In this document: piece by piece, positions 19,042 to 28,873 of the stretch
Position numbering within the stretch: position 1 is the first letter of the stretch
Layout: every line of letters begins with the position of its first letter
NCBI GenBank assembly: GCA_944326155.1
Contig: CALVCV010000001.1
Coordinates: 12,409 to 76,408 of the forward strand
Direction: 5' to 3'
From: an uncultured Bacilli bacterium
GTDB lineage: Bacteria; Bacillota_I; Bacilli_A; ML615J-28; CAG-313
DNA length: 64,000 bases
Program-made: the position numbers and the translations under genes
Notes under the pieces: generated by a model
Databases searched by the model: none
The model's input: only the letters and a program-made list of their open reading frames with translations
Told to the model about the DNA's origin: nothing

Positions 19042-20337
19042 ATGAAATTTATTGATGTTCAAGAATTTATTAGTTGGGTTCAAGTTCAAAAACGTTTTTC
19101 GAAAAAAGTTAGTCTAGACAAAATGAAATATTACTGTAACTTATTTAATAATCCACAGGATAAATTCAAATCGATTCATGTAACAGGTACCAATGGCAAA
19201 GGAAGCACAGTTGCCATGTTAAAAAATATATTGATAAAAAAAGGCTTACACATTGCAACTTATACCTCTCCCTATATTACTTGTTTTAATGAACGAATAA
19301 CTTATGACAATCAATATATTAGCGATGATGAATTGTTAAAATACGCTAATTTAATTTTAAGTAAGTATAGACAAATTGAAAAAGATGGTTATGAATTACC
19401 TACTTTTTTTGAATTTATTACACTTGTTGCTTTTTTGTACTTTTCAAATTTAGATGATTTAGATTTAGCAATTGTCGAAGTAGGAATGGGTGGTAGGTTA
19501 GATGCTACTAATGTTATTACACCTCTTTTATCGATTATTACAAATGTTGCTTTCGACCATATGCAAGTACTAGGGAATACTTTAGAAGAAATTCTTGGTG
19601 AAAAACTGGGCATTGTTAAAGAAAAAATTCCCTTTATTTGTGGTATTGATACAACTGATTTACAAAATATATGTCTAGATGTTGCAAAGCACAAAGATGC
19701 TATTGTGATTTTTCCAGCTTTTGACAAAGTTAAAGTTCAGAAAGTTGCAATTGATTATTCTTTATTTTCATATGAGAATTTTAAAGATATTCGTTTAAAT
19801 CTCGCAGGTTTTCATCAAATACACAATGCATTAGTTGTTATCGAAGCTTTTAAACTTTTAAAAGATATTTTAAAAAACTATGATATTACTTTAATTGATG
19901 ATGACCTATATATTGGTCTAAGTGATGTAACATGGGTAGGACGTCTTGAAATGATATCAAAAAACCCTTTAATCTTGCTTGATGGTGGTCATAATATTGA
20001 TGGAGTAAATAGTATTTGTCGATTTGTAAAAAGCCTTCCCTATTCTAAAAAAAGAGCTATTGTTGCTATTTCGCATGATAAAGAATTGACGAATATGATT
20101 CATTTAATTGATCAAACCTTTACTGAAATTATTTTTGTTCAATACACTTATGCACGTAGCGCAAAAGCAAGTGAGTTATATCAAATTTCAAAGGCAAAAA
20201 ATAAAAAGTATGAAGAAAGTTTAGAAAGAGCCATTGAAGAAGTATATCAAAAACCTGTTGATTTTACTATATTTTTTGGTAGTTTATATCTTGTAAGTGA
20301 AATCCGTAATTTATTAAAGAGAAAAAGTGATATGTAG
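19042..20337 (+). CDS. folC: Folylpolyglutamate synthase / dihydrofolate synthase
   Basis: Mur-ligase family P-loop VTGTNGKGST. valS-folC adjacency as in B. subtilis. Confidence 0.85.
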   Translation: MKFIDVQEFISWVQVQKRFSKKVSLDKMKYYCNLFNNPQDKFKSIHVTGTNGKGSTVAMLKNILIKKGLHIATYTSPYITCFNERITYDNQYISDDELLKYANLILSKYRQIEKDGYELPTFFEFITLVAFLYFSNLDDLDLAIVEVGMGGRLDATNVITPLLSIITNVAFDHMQVLGNTLEEILGEKLGIVKEKIPFICGIDTTDLQNICLDVAKHKDAIVIFPAFDKVKVQKVAIDYSLFSYENFKDIRLNLAGFHQIHNALVVIEAFKLLKDILKNYDITLIDDDLYIGLSDVTWVGRLEMISKNPLILLDGGHNIDGVNSICRFVKSLPYSKKRAIVAISHDKELTNMIHLIDQTFTEIIFVQYTYARSAKASELYQISKAKNKKYEESLERAIEEVYQKPVDFTIFFGSLYLVSEIRNLLKRKSDM

Positions 20338-20354
20338 TTCATATCACTTTTTTA
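20326..20354 (+). terminator. Rho-independent terminator after folC
   Basis: Stem agtgatatg / catatcact overlapping the folC stop, followed by T6. Confidence 0.6.
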
Positions 20355-20404
20355 ACGAATTTTTTATACTGAAACCGTATTTATTTATATAGTAGGAGGC
20401 GAAA

Positions 20405-21088
20405 ATGTTAAAAGAAATTCCTAATTATGACCGACCAAGAGAAAAAGCTATTAAATATGGTATTCACAGTTTAAGCAATATAGAATTACTTGCAATTATT
20501 TTAAGAACAGGTTCAAAAAGTGAAAATGTTATTGAGGTTGCTAAAAATTTACTATATAGTTATAAAAATCTTGCAGATATCAACGAAGCAACCTTAGAAG
20601 AACTTACGCAGATTAAGGGGATTGGTAAGATAAAAGCCATAACTTTACTTGCTTCAATTGAGTTAGGACTTCGAGTATTAGATACGAAAACTGAAATCAT
20701 TATCTATAATAACCCTAAACAAGTATTTGATGCATATTATCCTAAATTAAATCTATTAAAAAAAGAATATTTATACGCAATTTTTTTAAATACCAAAGGT
20801 GTATTGATTCAAGATAAATTAATTACACAAGGAACTATTTCAATGAGCCTCTTAGATGGAAAGGATATTTTTAAGTGGGCATTAAAATTATCTTCATCTG
20901 CTATCATTCTTGTACATAATCATCCAAGTGGTGATCCAAGTCCTAGTATTGCAGACTTAAAAGCTACATCAGTCTTTGTTCAACAGGCCAAGCTATTAGA
21001 AATACTGGTAATTGACCATATTATTATTGGAAACACCTATTATAGTATGAAAGAAAATTCTAAAATATTTAAAGTATTTAGCACATAA
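20405..21088 (+). CDS. radC: RadC-family JAB/MPN domain protein
   Basis: C-terminal JAMM motif HNHPSGDPSPSIADL; N-terminal helix-hairpin-helix region. Confidence 0.85.
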   Translation: MLKEIPNYDRPREKAIKYGIHSLSNIELLAIILRTGSKSENVIEVAKNLLYSYKNLADINEATLEELTQIKGIGKIKAITLLASIELGLRVLDTKTEIIIYNNPKQVFDAYYPKLNLLKKEYLYAIFLNTKGVLIQDKLITQGTISMSLLDGKDIFKWALKLSSSAIILVHNHPSGDPSPSIADLKATSVFVQQAKLLEILVIDHIIIGNTYYSMKENSKIFKVFST

Positions 21089-21125
21089 ATAAGGAATAAA
21101 ATTCATAAAATAAATTGGTGAGATA

Positions 21126-21755
21126 ATGAAAAAAGATAGCCTTATTTATAAATATCATAAAATAGTGAAATCAGATAAAAAATTATCGGATAGCAGTAAG
21201 AAAAAAATTCGCAATAACTTTGTCACTAAACTTTTTCTTAGAATTTTTTTAAGTACATTTATTTTACTCTGCCTTGTAATAATTGATAAAGTCTCAATAT
21301 CTGTTCAAAATGTAAAACTTAGTGAAAATACCATTCGTAAAAATTTAAACTTTTTAAAAATGGTGACCCTTTTTAATGGTATGTTTGGTGAGTTTATCAT
21401 TATTGATGACGATTTAAATGTAGATAGTAGTAATTTATATGATCAAGTTAGGTATCAAAATAACATCAATTATGTTGTAAATGATAATTTTTCTGGCGTT
21501 GTCTCAAGTGCAAGTGGAGTAGTTACCAAAATTATAAAACATAATGATGATACTTATGCGATAACTCTTGAAGCATCAGATGGTTTTGAATATACCTATG
21601 ATGGTCTCATATCAATTGATTTTTCAATATATAATTATATTGGTAAAGGTACAATTATTGGTCTTGCTAAAACTCAAGATGAAAAGTATACATTTGAATT
21701 AATTATAAAAAAGGATGGGAAGTATTATGATTTTTATCAAATGGTTGAAGGTTAA
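21126..21755 (+). CDS. Membrane-anchored protein with degenerate LytM/M23 domain (SpoIVFA-like)
   Basis: One TM helix (aa ~35-55). The C-terminal region follows the M23 fold pattern but lacks the catalytic His residues (YTFELIIKKDGKYYDF in place of HLHFE...). Lies directly upstream of an M50 protease, like the B. subtilis spoIVFA-spoIVFB operon. Confidence 0.45.
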   Translation: MKKDSLIYKYHKIVKSDKKLSDSSKKKIRNNFVTKLFLRIFLSTFILLCLVIIDKVSISVQNVKLSENTIRKNLNFLKMVTLFNGMFGEFIIIDDDLNVDSSNLYDQVRYQNNINYVVNDNFSGVVSSASGVVTKIIKHNDDTYAITLEASDGFEYTYDGLISIDFSIYNYIGKGTIIGLAKTQDEKYTFELIIKKDGKYYDFYQMVEG

Positions 21756-22369
21756 AATTAGTTATGCAATGCTAATATTTATATTCATTTGTGTATTTTC
21801 AGGTTTTTTAAAACAATGCTTACTTTGCTATTTAATGATTTTATTACATGAGATAGGACATTTAAGTTTTGTAAAAATTTTTGGTGGGGAAGTATATTGT
21901 CTTAATATGAATTTATTCGGAGGTAGGTTCGATGTTAATTTAGAAAAAGTAAAATATAAATGGCAAAAACTTATCATTGATATGGGTAGGCATTGCTATA
22001 AATATCTTACTCATTCTATTTTTACTATTTGTTATAAAGGTTAATTTAACAAATTTTTTGGTTCGTTTTAATATCTTGATGATAACCATTAATCTGCTGC
22101 CTTTATTTCCACTTGATGGATATCGCTTTATTAATGATTTATTTTTGGTGGATAAAAAAATTCTAATAAGCGAAGTTTTTATCTTAATTGGGCTTTTATG
22201 TATATTATGTATTATAATTGTAAGTTTTATTATGCGTTACTATGGTATTATTTTAATTTGCCTTTATTTAATGTATTTAAATATTAAAAAATTAGAATCT
22301 AAAAGAAGAAGTCGAATATCATCTTACTATCAGATGTTATATGAAATTAAGCGTTATAGTTTAAAATAA
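21715..22369 (+). pseudogene. M50-family site-2 protease (SpoIVFB-like), interrupted by a +1 frameshift near 21985-21990
   Basis: ORF 21715-22044 carries the HExxH motif (LLHEIGHL). ORF 21977-22369 (+1 frame) carries the M50 NLLPLFPLDG motif. Together they form one membrane metalloprotease of about 215 aa with no CBS domain. Confidence 0.55.
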
Positions 22370-22417
22370 TTGAAAAACTAAATATAATTCGGTATAATTA
22401 ATTTAAGGTGAATTGAT

Positions 22418-23401
22418 ATGAAAAAAACAAACTTTATAATAATTATCTGTGTTTTAGTTCTTGTTGTAGGTACCCTTACGACCATCTTAATTTTGAGAGG
22501 TAGTATTTGGCAAAAAGAAAAAATTAGTGATGAACTTCGTAATGCGCAAAATACGTTTGATATTAGATTAAATGATAAGGGCAGTGAATATTATATTTAT
22601 CGTCTTGACGATGCTGCAAATAATGATGGAGCTACTATTACAATTCCAGATAGCGTCGATGGCATTCCCGTCACAAAACTTATTGATACTAGTCTTGGTT
22701 TTTCAAGCTATAATCATATTGATAAAATTATTATTGGTAAAAATATTACCTATATAGGTAAAAATCCTCTTAATGCGGATGAATCTGATATTGGCGATGA
22801 CTTTTTTTCGCTTGCAACTTCACTACTTTCAATTGAAGTGGTTGAAGAAAATGCCGTATTTTCTAGTATCAATGGTATACTTTATACTAAAGATCAGGCT
22901 ACACTACTTAGATACCCTGCTGGTAGAGGCATTTCTGAAGGTCAAGCAGCGCATCGCTTTGTAATTCCTAATGGAGTAAAGAAAATTTATGATGGAGCCT
23001 TTAGTTTAAATCAAACACTTGAGATGGTGACTTTTGGCACAATGGTTGAAGAAATTGGTGCAGAAGCATTTAGCAATTGTAGCAATCTTACAGTAGTAAA
23101 TTTTAACGTAAATATCAAAACAATTGGGGCGCGTGCTTTTGAACGCTGTCGTAATTTAGGATCAGTCATTCTTCCTATCGCTTTGGAAGTCCTAGGTAGT
23201 AATGCTTTTGCCAATTGTACAGATTTAACAAGTGTTAGCTTTGCAAACCAAATTACCGAAATTGGTCGTAACTGTTTTTCGGGCTGTAGCAATTTAGTGT
23301 CAATTTTTACATCTAGTGAATTTGTAAATAGTTTAAAAGATATTTTAAATGTGAATAACCCTACACAAGTTTCGAAAGTCAAAGTGAACAACGCAAATTA
23401 A
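22418..23401 (+). CDS. BspA-type leucine-rich repeat (LRR_5) surface protein with N-terminal membrane anchor
   Basis: Repeats of the form IGxxAFxxCxNLxxVxF (IGAEAFSNCSNLTVVNF, IGARAFERCRNLGSVIL, LGSNAFANCTDLTSVSF, IGRNCFSGCSNLVSIF). N-terminal TM helix. Confidence 0.7.
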   Translation: MKKTNFIIIICVLVLVVGTLTTILILRGSIWQKEKISDELRNAQNTFDIRLNDKGSEYYIYRLDDAANNDGATITIPDSVDGIPVTKLIDTSLGFSSYNHIDKIIIGKNITYIGKNPLNADESDIGDDFFSLATSLLSIEVVEENAVFSSINGILYTKDQATLLRYPAGRGISEGQAAHRFVIPNGVKKIYDGAFSLNQTLEMVTFGTMVEEIGAEAFSNCSNLTVVNFNVNIKTIGARAFERCRNLGSVILPIALEVLGSNAFANCTDLTSVSFANQITEIGRNCFSGCSNLVSIFTSSEFVNSLKDILNVNNPTQVSKVKVNNAN

Positions 23402-23407
23402 AAAATT

Positions 23408-23451
23408 AAAACACATTATCAATTAAATACTATTTGGTAATGTGTTTTTTG
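23408..23451 (+). terminator. Probable terminator after the LRR gene
   Basis: Stem aaacacatta / taatgtgttt with a ~20-nt loop, then T6. Confidence 0.45.
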
Positions 23452-23480
23452 ATTTAGTTGATTGAATAGGTATATTTTAT

Positions 23481-23509
23481 TTGCAAAAAAGTTAAGTTTA
23501 TGATATAAT
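23481..23509 (+). promoter_or_regulatory. sigma-A promoter for ppdK
   Basis: TTGCAA (23481-86), 17-nt spacer, extended -10 tgaTATAAT (23504-09). Confidence 0.55.
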
Positions 23510-23543
23510 ATGCAAGTAAGTTTATAGAAAAAGGAGAAAAATA

Positions 23544-26168
23544 ATGAGTAAATTTGTTTATTTATTCAAAGAAGGTAATGCAACAATGCGTAACCTTCTA
23601 GGTGGTAAAGGTGCAAATCTTGCCGAAATGACTTCTATTGGTCTACCAGTTCCGCATGGTTTTACAGTTACCACTGAAGCTTGTGCTAAGTATTATGAAG
23701 ATGGCAAAGTTCTTGCTCCTGAAGTAGTAGAACAAATTTTTGCTGCCTTAAAAACAGTAGAAGCACAACAAAACAAAAAATTTGGTGATAATGCCAACCC
23801 TTTACTTGTATCAGTTCGTAGTGGTGCTCGTGCATCTATGCCTGGAATGATGGATACTATCCTAAATTTAGGCTTAACAGATGAATCGGTTGAAGGTCTT
23901 GCAAAACTTACTAATAATCCTCGTTTTGCATATGATTCATATAGAAGATTCATCCAAATGTTTGCTGATGTTGTAATGGAAATCAAAAAAGAAAATTTCG
24001 AAGCTTTAATGGACACTATGAAAGAAGATAAAGGTGTAACCTTAGATACTGAATTAGATGCCGCTGACTTAAAAAAATTAGTTGATGAATTTAAAGTTAA
24101 ATATGCTGAATTAAAAGGTGAACCTTTTCCTCAAGATCCAAATGTTCAATTATTAGAAGCCGTTAAAGCTGTATTTAGATCATGGGATAATCCAAGAGCA
24201 AATGTTTATCGTCGTTTAAATAATATTCCTTATTCATGGGGTACTGCTGTTAATGTACAATCTATGGTATTCGGTAATATGGGAGATGATTCAGGTACAG
24301 GTGTTGCTTTTTCAAGAAATCCTGCAACAGGCGAAAATGTTCTTTATGGTGAATATTTGTTTAATGCGCAAGGCGAAGATGTTGTAGCTGGTATTAGAAC
24401 TCCGTTCCCAATTGCTCATTTACAAGAAGATAATCCAGCCTTATATGAAGAATTTAAAAATGTTGCTAAAACTCTTGAACAACATTATCATGATATGCAA
24501 GACATGGAGTTTACAATTGAAAAAGGTAAATTATTTATGTTACAAACAAGAAATGGTAAAAGAACCGCTCAAGCAGCTTTAAAAATAGCAATTGACATGG
24601 TAAAAGAAGGCTTAATTACTGAACAACAAGCTGTATTAATGGTTGAGCCTAAATCTCTTGATGCTTTACTTCACAAAGGTTTTGACCAAAAAGCCTTAAA
24701 GGCTGCAACTCCAATTACAAAGGGTCTTCCAGCTTCTCCAGGTGCTGCTTGTGGTCAAGTTGTATTTAATGCTGAACGTGCAAAAGAACTAAAGGCTGAA
24801 GGTATGAAAGTTGTTTTAGTAAGATTAGAAACTTCTCCAGAGGATATTGAAGGTATGATTGCGTCTCAAGGTATTCTAACAGGTCGTGGCGGTATGACTA
24901 GTCATGCTGCTGTAGTCGCTCGTGGTATGGGTACTTGTTGCGTTGCCGGTGCTGGTGAAATTAGAGTAAATGAAGAAGAAAAATACTTTGAAGTTGGTGA
25001 CAAACGTTATAATGAACTTGACTGGATTTCAATTGATGGCAATACAGGATATGTTTATGGTGAAGCAATTGCGACTGTAGATGCTACAGTATCAGGTGAT
25101 TTTGCTACATTAATGGAATGGGCAGACAAATATCGTGCTTTAAAGATTAGAACAAACGCTGATAATCCTCGTGATGCTAAAGTTGCATTTGATTTTGGTG
25201 CTGAGGGTGTTGGTCTTTGCCGTACAGAACATATGTTCTTTGAAGCAGATCGTATTATGGCAGTTCGTGAAATGATTGTAGCTGATAATGAAGCGGATCG
25301 TCGTAAAGCTTTAGCTAAATTATTACCAATGCAAAGAAATGATTTTATTGGAATTTATAAAGCTATGAAAGGTAAAGCTGTTACTGTTCGTTATTTAGAT
25401 CCACCTCTACATGAATTCTTACCTCATACTGATGAAGAAATTGCTGAACTTTCAAAAGAAATGAATATACCTTTTGAAAAACTAAAAGCTACAGTTGAAA
25501 GTTTACATGAATTTAACCCAATGCTAGGTCATCGTGGATGCCGTTTATCTATTACATATCCTGAAATTGCTGAAATGCAAACAAGAGCTGTAATTGAGGC
25601 TGCAATTGCTGTTAACAAAGAAGGATATAACGTAACTCCTGAAATTATGATACCACTTGTTGGTGACGTTAAGGAATTAAAATACGTTCATGAAGTTGTT
25701 GAAAAGACGATTAAAGAAGTTCTTGCTGAAAACAACACTACTCTAGAATATAAATTCGGTACCATGATTGAAGTTCCACGCGGTGCTTTAACAGCAGGAG
25801 AAATTGCTGAAGTTGCAGAATTTTTTAGTTTTGGCACAAATGATTTAACACAAATGACATTCGGATTTAGCCGTGATGATGCGGGTAAATTCTTAGAAGA
25901 ATATTACAATCGTAAGATTTTTGAAAACGATCCATTTGCTCATATTGATCAAACTGGTGTTGGTCGACTAATGAAGATTGCTGTGGAAGATGGTCGTGCT
26001 ACAAGAGCAAATATTAAACTTGGTATTTGTGGTGAACATGGTGGTGATCCAGATTCAATCGAATTCTGTCATAAACTAGGTTTAGATTATGTATCTTGCT
26101 CGCCATATCGTGTTCCAATTGCAAGACTTGCAGCAGCACATGCAAATATTAAATTTCCAAGAAAATAA
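23544..26168 (+). CDS. ppdK: Pyruvate, phosphate dikinase
   Basis: 874 aa. PEP-utilizing enzyme phosphohistidine motif GGMTSHAAVVARGMG and C-terminal PEP-binding TIM barrel motifs. Noticeably higher GC and codon bias than its neighbours. Confidence 0.9.
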   Translation: MSKFVYLFKEGNATMRNLLGGKGANLAEMTSIGLPVPHGFTVTTEACAKYYEDGKVLAPEVVEQIFAALKTVEAQQNKKFGDNANPLLVSVRSGARASMPGMMDTILNLGLTDESVEGLAKLTNNPRFAYDSYRRFIQMFADVVMEIKKENFEALMDTMKEDKGVTLDTELDAADLKKLVDEFKVKYAELKGEPFPQDPNVQLLEAVKAVFRSWDNPRANVYRRLNNIPYSWGTAVNVQSMVFGNMGDDSGTGVAFSRNPATGENVLYGEYLFNAQGEDVVAGIRTPFPIAHLQEDNPALYEEFKNVAKTLEQHYHDMQDMEFTIEKGKLFMLQTRNGKRTAQAALKIAIDMVKEGLITEQQAVLMVEPKSLDALLHKGFDQKALKAATPITKGLPASPGAACGQVVFNAERAKELKAEGMKVVLVRLETSPEDIEGMIASQGILTGRGGMTSHAAVVARGMGTCCVAGAGEIRVNEEEKYFEVGDKRYNELDWISIDGNTGYVYGEAIATVDATVSGDFATLMEWADKYRALKIRTNADNPRDAKVAFDFGAEGVGLCRTEHMFFEADRIMAVREMIVADNEADRRKALAKLLPMQRNDFIGIYKAMKGKAVTVRYLDPPLHEFLPHTDEEIAELSKEMNIPFEKLKATVESLHEFNPMLGHRGCRLSITYPEIAEMQTRAVIEAAIAVNKEGYNVTPEIMIPLVGDVKELKYVHEVVEKTIKEVLAENNTTLEYKFGTMIEVPRGALTAGEIAEVAEFFSFGTNDLTQMTFGFSRDDAGKFLEEYYNRKIFENDPFAHIDQTGVGRLMKIAVEDGRATRANIKLGICGEHGGDPDSIEFCHKLGLDYVSCSPYRVPIARLAAAHANIKFPRK

Positions 26169-26197
26169 TTTTAATAATAAGAACTTAATAAAAAAAT

Positions 26198-26228
26198 AAA
26201 GTTACTATATATAGTAACTTTATTTTTT
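26198..26228. terminator. Bidirectional terminator between ppdK (+) and the XRE regulator (-)
   Basis: Perfect palindrome aaagttactata / tatagtaacttt (26198-26221) flanked by A-run and T-run. Confidence 0.7.
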
Positions 26229-26900
26229 CTTCTTTTTTAGAATTATAAAGAATATAAAAGCCATAATTTGTAGAGGTATTGGTAAAATATATAATAAATA
26301 AATTTGTTCAATATTCAGTAGGCTCAAATGTATAGCAAGAATAATTGACCAAAGCAAAATTGATGTCATTAAAAATTGATAAATATGATTTCCCCAAATA
26401 CATGAAAAAACAAGTAATAAAATAGCAGTAATCGGTATAGCATAAATAAAAGGAATCCAAGATTTAATGGTACTTTCATCAAAATTGATTGGTAATAATT
26501 TTAAAATAACAAACGCAATTGTGGCAATAAACCAAACGATACCAGCTGATAATAAACTAATTGAGATAATACTCCTTTTAGATAGTTTTCTCCTTTCTTG
26601 CTTGGGAACATACTCAATAACAATATTTTCAGAACTGATTAAAGTATCAACACTAACATTAAAAATATTGGCCAATTGCTTTAAAGTAATGATATCAGGT
26701 AAGGTTTCAGCACGTTCCCACTTAGATAAAGTCTTATCAGAATAGTTAATTTTTTCCGCAAGTTCTAATTGGGTAAGGCCTAATTTTTTACGATATTTTA
26801 TAATATTTTGTGAGACAACAATTTTTTCATCATTTTCATTAACATTTAATTCATTATTTTCCATATATACTATTCTAGCATAGGTATTTTTTTTTATCAA
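26220..26900 (-). CDS. XRE-family HTH transcriptional regulator with C-terminal multi-pass membrane domain
   Basis: HTH_XRE motif LGLTQLELAEKINYSDKTLSKWERAETLP...LKQLANIFNVSVDTLI, followed by 3-4 predicted TM helices. Divergent from the GT8 operon. Confidence 0.75.
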   Translation of the reverse strand: MIKKNTYARIVYMENNELNVNENDEKIVVSQNIIKYRKKLGLTQLELAEKINYSDKTLSKWERAETLPDIITLKQLANIFNVSVDTLISSENIVIEYVPKQERRKLSKRSIISISLLSAGIVWFIATIAFVILKLLPINFDESTIKSWIPFIYAIPITAILLLVFSCIWGNHIYQFLMTSILLWSIILAIHLSLLNIEQIYLLYILPIPLQIMAFIFFIILKKKKK

Positions 26901-27087
26901 CTAAAAAGCCACTATTTTAACATTTCTCTTATTTAGAGAGTTAAATTCTCTTTACTCTACTTATAGTGTAGTAAATAAGATAGTGTTTTATATAAATATG
27001 AGGTGGCTTTTTTTATAAAAATTTAGTATATTTATATTAGTAAAAATTATATTAGATATAGAAAAATTTAAGAAAGGAAATATACAA

Positions 27088-28029
27088 ATGAATAAAATTA
27101 TTAGCAAACCAATTATACCTATCTTTTTTGCCATAGATAACAATTATGCGCCTTTTTTTAGTGTTGCGCTTGAATCAATTAAAGCAAATAGTTCAAAGAA
27201 CTATCAGTATGAAATTCATATTTTAAATAATGATTTATGTGAAGATTATAAAAAAATACTATCGCAATATCAAGATGAACATTATCATATTTCTTTTGTA
27301 AATTTAAAAGAACGTCTTAATCAATTAAACTTTGTTCTTCATACACGCGACTATTATTCAGAAGCCATTTATTATAGATTATTTATTGCAGAATTATTTC
27401 CTGAATATGATAAAGCACTTTATCTTGATTCGGACATTGTTGTTGTCGATGATATAGCTAATTTGTATAATCATGATTTAGAAACATATTATTTAGGAGT
27501 TATTAAAGATGATGTTGTCAATTCCTATGCAGAATTTCGACAATATTCAAAAGATGCTTTAGGCATCCCTGCAGTTAAATATTTTAATTCAGGTATCTTG
27601 GTTATGAACTTGAAAAAATTTAGAGAAGAAAAGGTTTATGATCAATTTATCAATTTAATGTCTAAAGTTAAATTTATTATAGCTCCAGATCAAGATTATT
27701 TAAACGTTATTTGTCGAAAAAAAGTTTTATATTTAGATGAGACTTGGAATAAAGCGCCTTTACCACATGTAAAAAAAGATGAAAAAATTAAATTAATTCA
27801 TTTTAAATTAACCGCAAAACCATGGCATTATGATGATATTCTTTATGGTGAATATTTTTGGCAATATGCTTCAAAATCTCCATTTTATGATAAAATTACC
27901 CATATCCTAAAAAATTATTCACAAACTGAAATGGAAAAGGATAAAATGATTGAAGTAGCACTAAAGAAAAAAGCTCTCGATGAAACAGTGAGACTTCGCA
28001 ATTACTTAAAACTTTATGGTAGCTACTAG
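27088..28029 (+). CDS. Glycosyltransferase family 8 (LPS alpha-1,3-galactosyl/glucosyltransferase-like, GspA-like)
   Basis: GT8 motifs: N-terminal IPIFFAIDNNY, DxD region YLDSDIVVVDD, and YFNSGILVMNL. Confidence 0.75.
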   Translation: MNKIISKPIIPIFFAIDNNYAPFFSVALESIKANSSKNYQYEIHILNNDLCEDYKKILSQYQDEHYHISFVNLKERLNQLNFVLHTRDYYSEAIYYRLFIAELFPEYDKALYLDSDIVVVDDIANLYNHDLETYYLGVIKDDVVNSYAEFRQYSKDALGIPAVKYFNSGILVMNLKKFREEKVYDQFINLMSKVKFIIAPDQDYLNVICRKKVLYLDETWNKAPLPHVKKDEKIKLIHFKLTAKPWHYDDILYGEYFWQYASKSPFYDKITHILKNYSQTEMEKDKMIEVALKKKALDETVRLRNYLKLYGSY

Positions 28030-28038
28030 AGGCATAGT

Positions 28039-28872
28039 ATGAAAGATCCAAAAAGATTAGAAGTATTAGAAAAAATAAAAAGATATGAAAAAGAAGGACG
28101 TTTTAATGTAGAAGTAGAAGAAAATCCGCCTTATAAATCCTTAAAGCCAGAAGACGTGGACTATTTAAATAAAAAATGGTTTCATAGAATTAATACTGCA
28201 ATCGCTAATAAGATTGCTAAACAATATATTGAAAAATTAATTAAAAAACAAAAACTGATAATTAAACAAGTTACAGGTATTGAAAAATTAGATTCAATTC
28301 AAACTGGTTTTATTCTTACATGTAATCATTTTAATCCGTATGATAATTTTGCTTTACATATTACGCTTGCTTCTTACTTACATCGAAATAAGAAACGATT
28401 TTATAAAGTAATTAGAGAAGGTAATTACAGCTTTAAAGGCCTTTATGGTTATTTTTTTCGTAACTGTAATACACTACCGCTTAGTTCTAATATGAGTACG
28501 ATGATTGAGTTTACTAAGGCTATTGAAACCATTTTAAAACGTAATGATGTTATCTTGATTTATCCTGAACAAGCGATGTGGTGGAATTATCCTAAACCAA
28601 GACCATTAAAAACTGGAGCTTTTAAATATGCATATAAGAATAATGTGCCTGTTGTTCCTTGTTTTATCACCATGAAAGATACCAATTATATAGGAGAAGA
28701 TGGCTTTTATATCAAAGAATATAGTCTTCATTTTTTAGATCCCATTTATCCAAATCTTACACTAAATCAAAAAGATGGGATTAAAAGTCTTTGTGAAAAA
28801 AACGAAATGGCTTGGAAAAAAGTATATGAAGAAGTTTACCAAAAACCATTGGCATATGATGAGGTAGATTAA
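28039..28872 (+). CDS. Lysophospholipid acyltransferase (PlsC/LPLAT family)
   Basis: HX4D acyltransferase motif CNHFNPYD and a downstream PEQ-like block (YPEQAMW). Confidence 0.65.
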   Translation: MKDPKRLEVLEKIKRYEKEGRFNVEVEENPPYKSLKPEDVDYLNKKWFHRINTAIANKIAKQYIEKLIKKQKLIIKQVTGIEKLDSIQTGFILTCNHFNPYDNFALHITLASYLHRNKKRFYKVIREGNYSFKGLYGYFFRNCNTLPLSSNMSTMIEFTKAIETILKRNDVILIYPEQAMWWNYPKPRPLKTGAFKYAYKNNVPVVPCFITMKDTNYIGEDGFYIKEYSLHFLDPIYPNLTLNQKDGIKSLCEKNEMAWKKVYEEVYQKPLAYDEVD

Positions 28873-28873
28873 A

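Noticed and set aside
21977-22044. Programmed +1 ribosomal frameshift in the M50 protease
   Set aside because: No recognisable shifty site with a downstream stimulatory structure (e.g. CUU-UGA-C or a rare-codon stall). A simple indel (real or sequencing) is the more economical explanation.
23544-26168. ppdK as a horizontally acquired gene, based on its higher GC
   Set aside because: Elevated GC and codon bias are equally expected for a highly expressed central-metabolism gene. Composition alone is insufficient, so this is mentioned only as part of the inserted-block observation.
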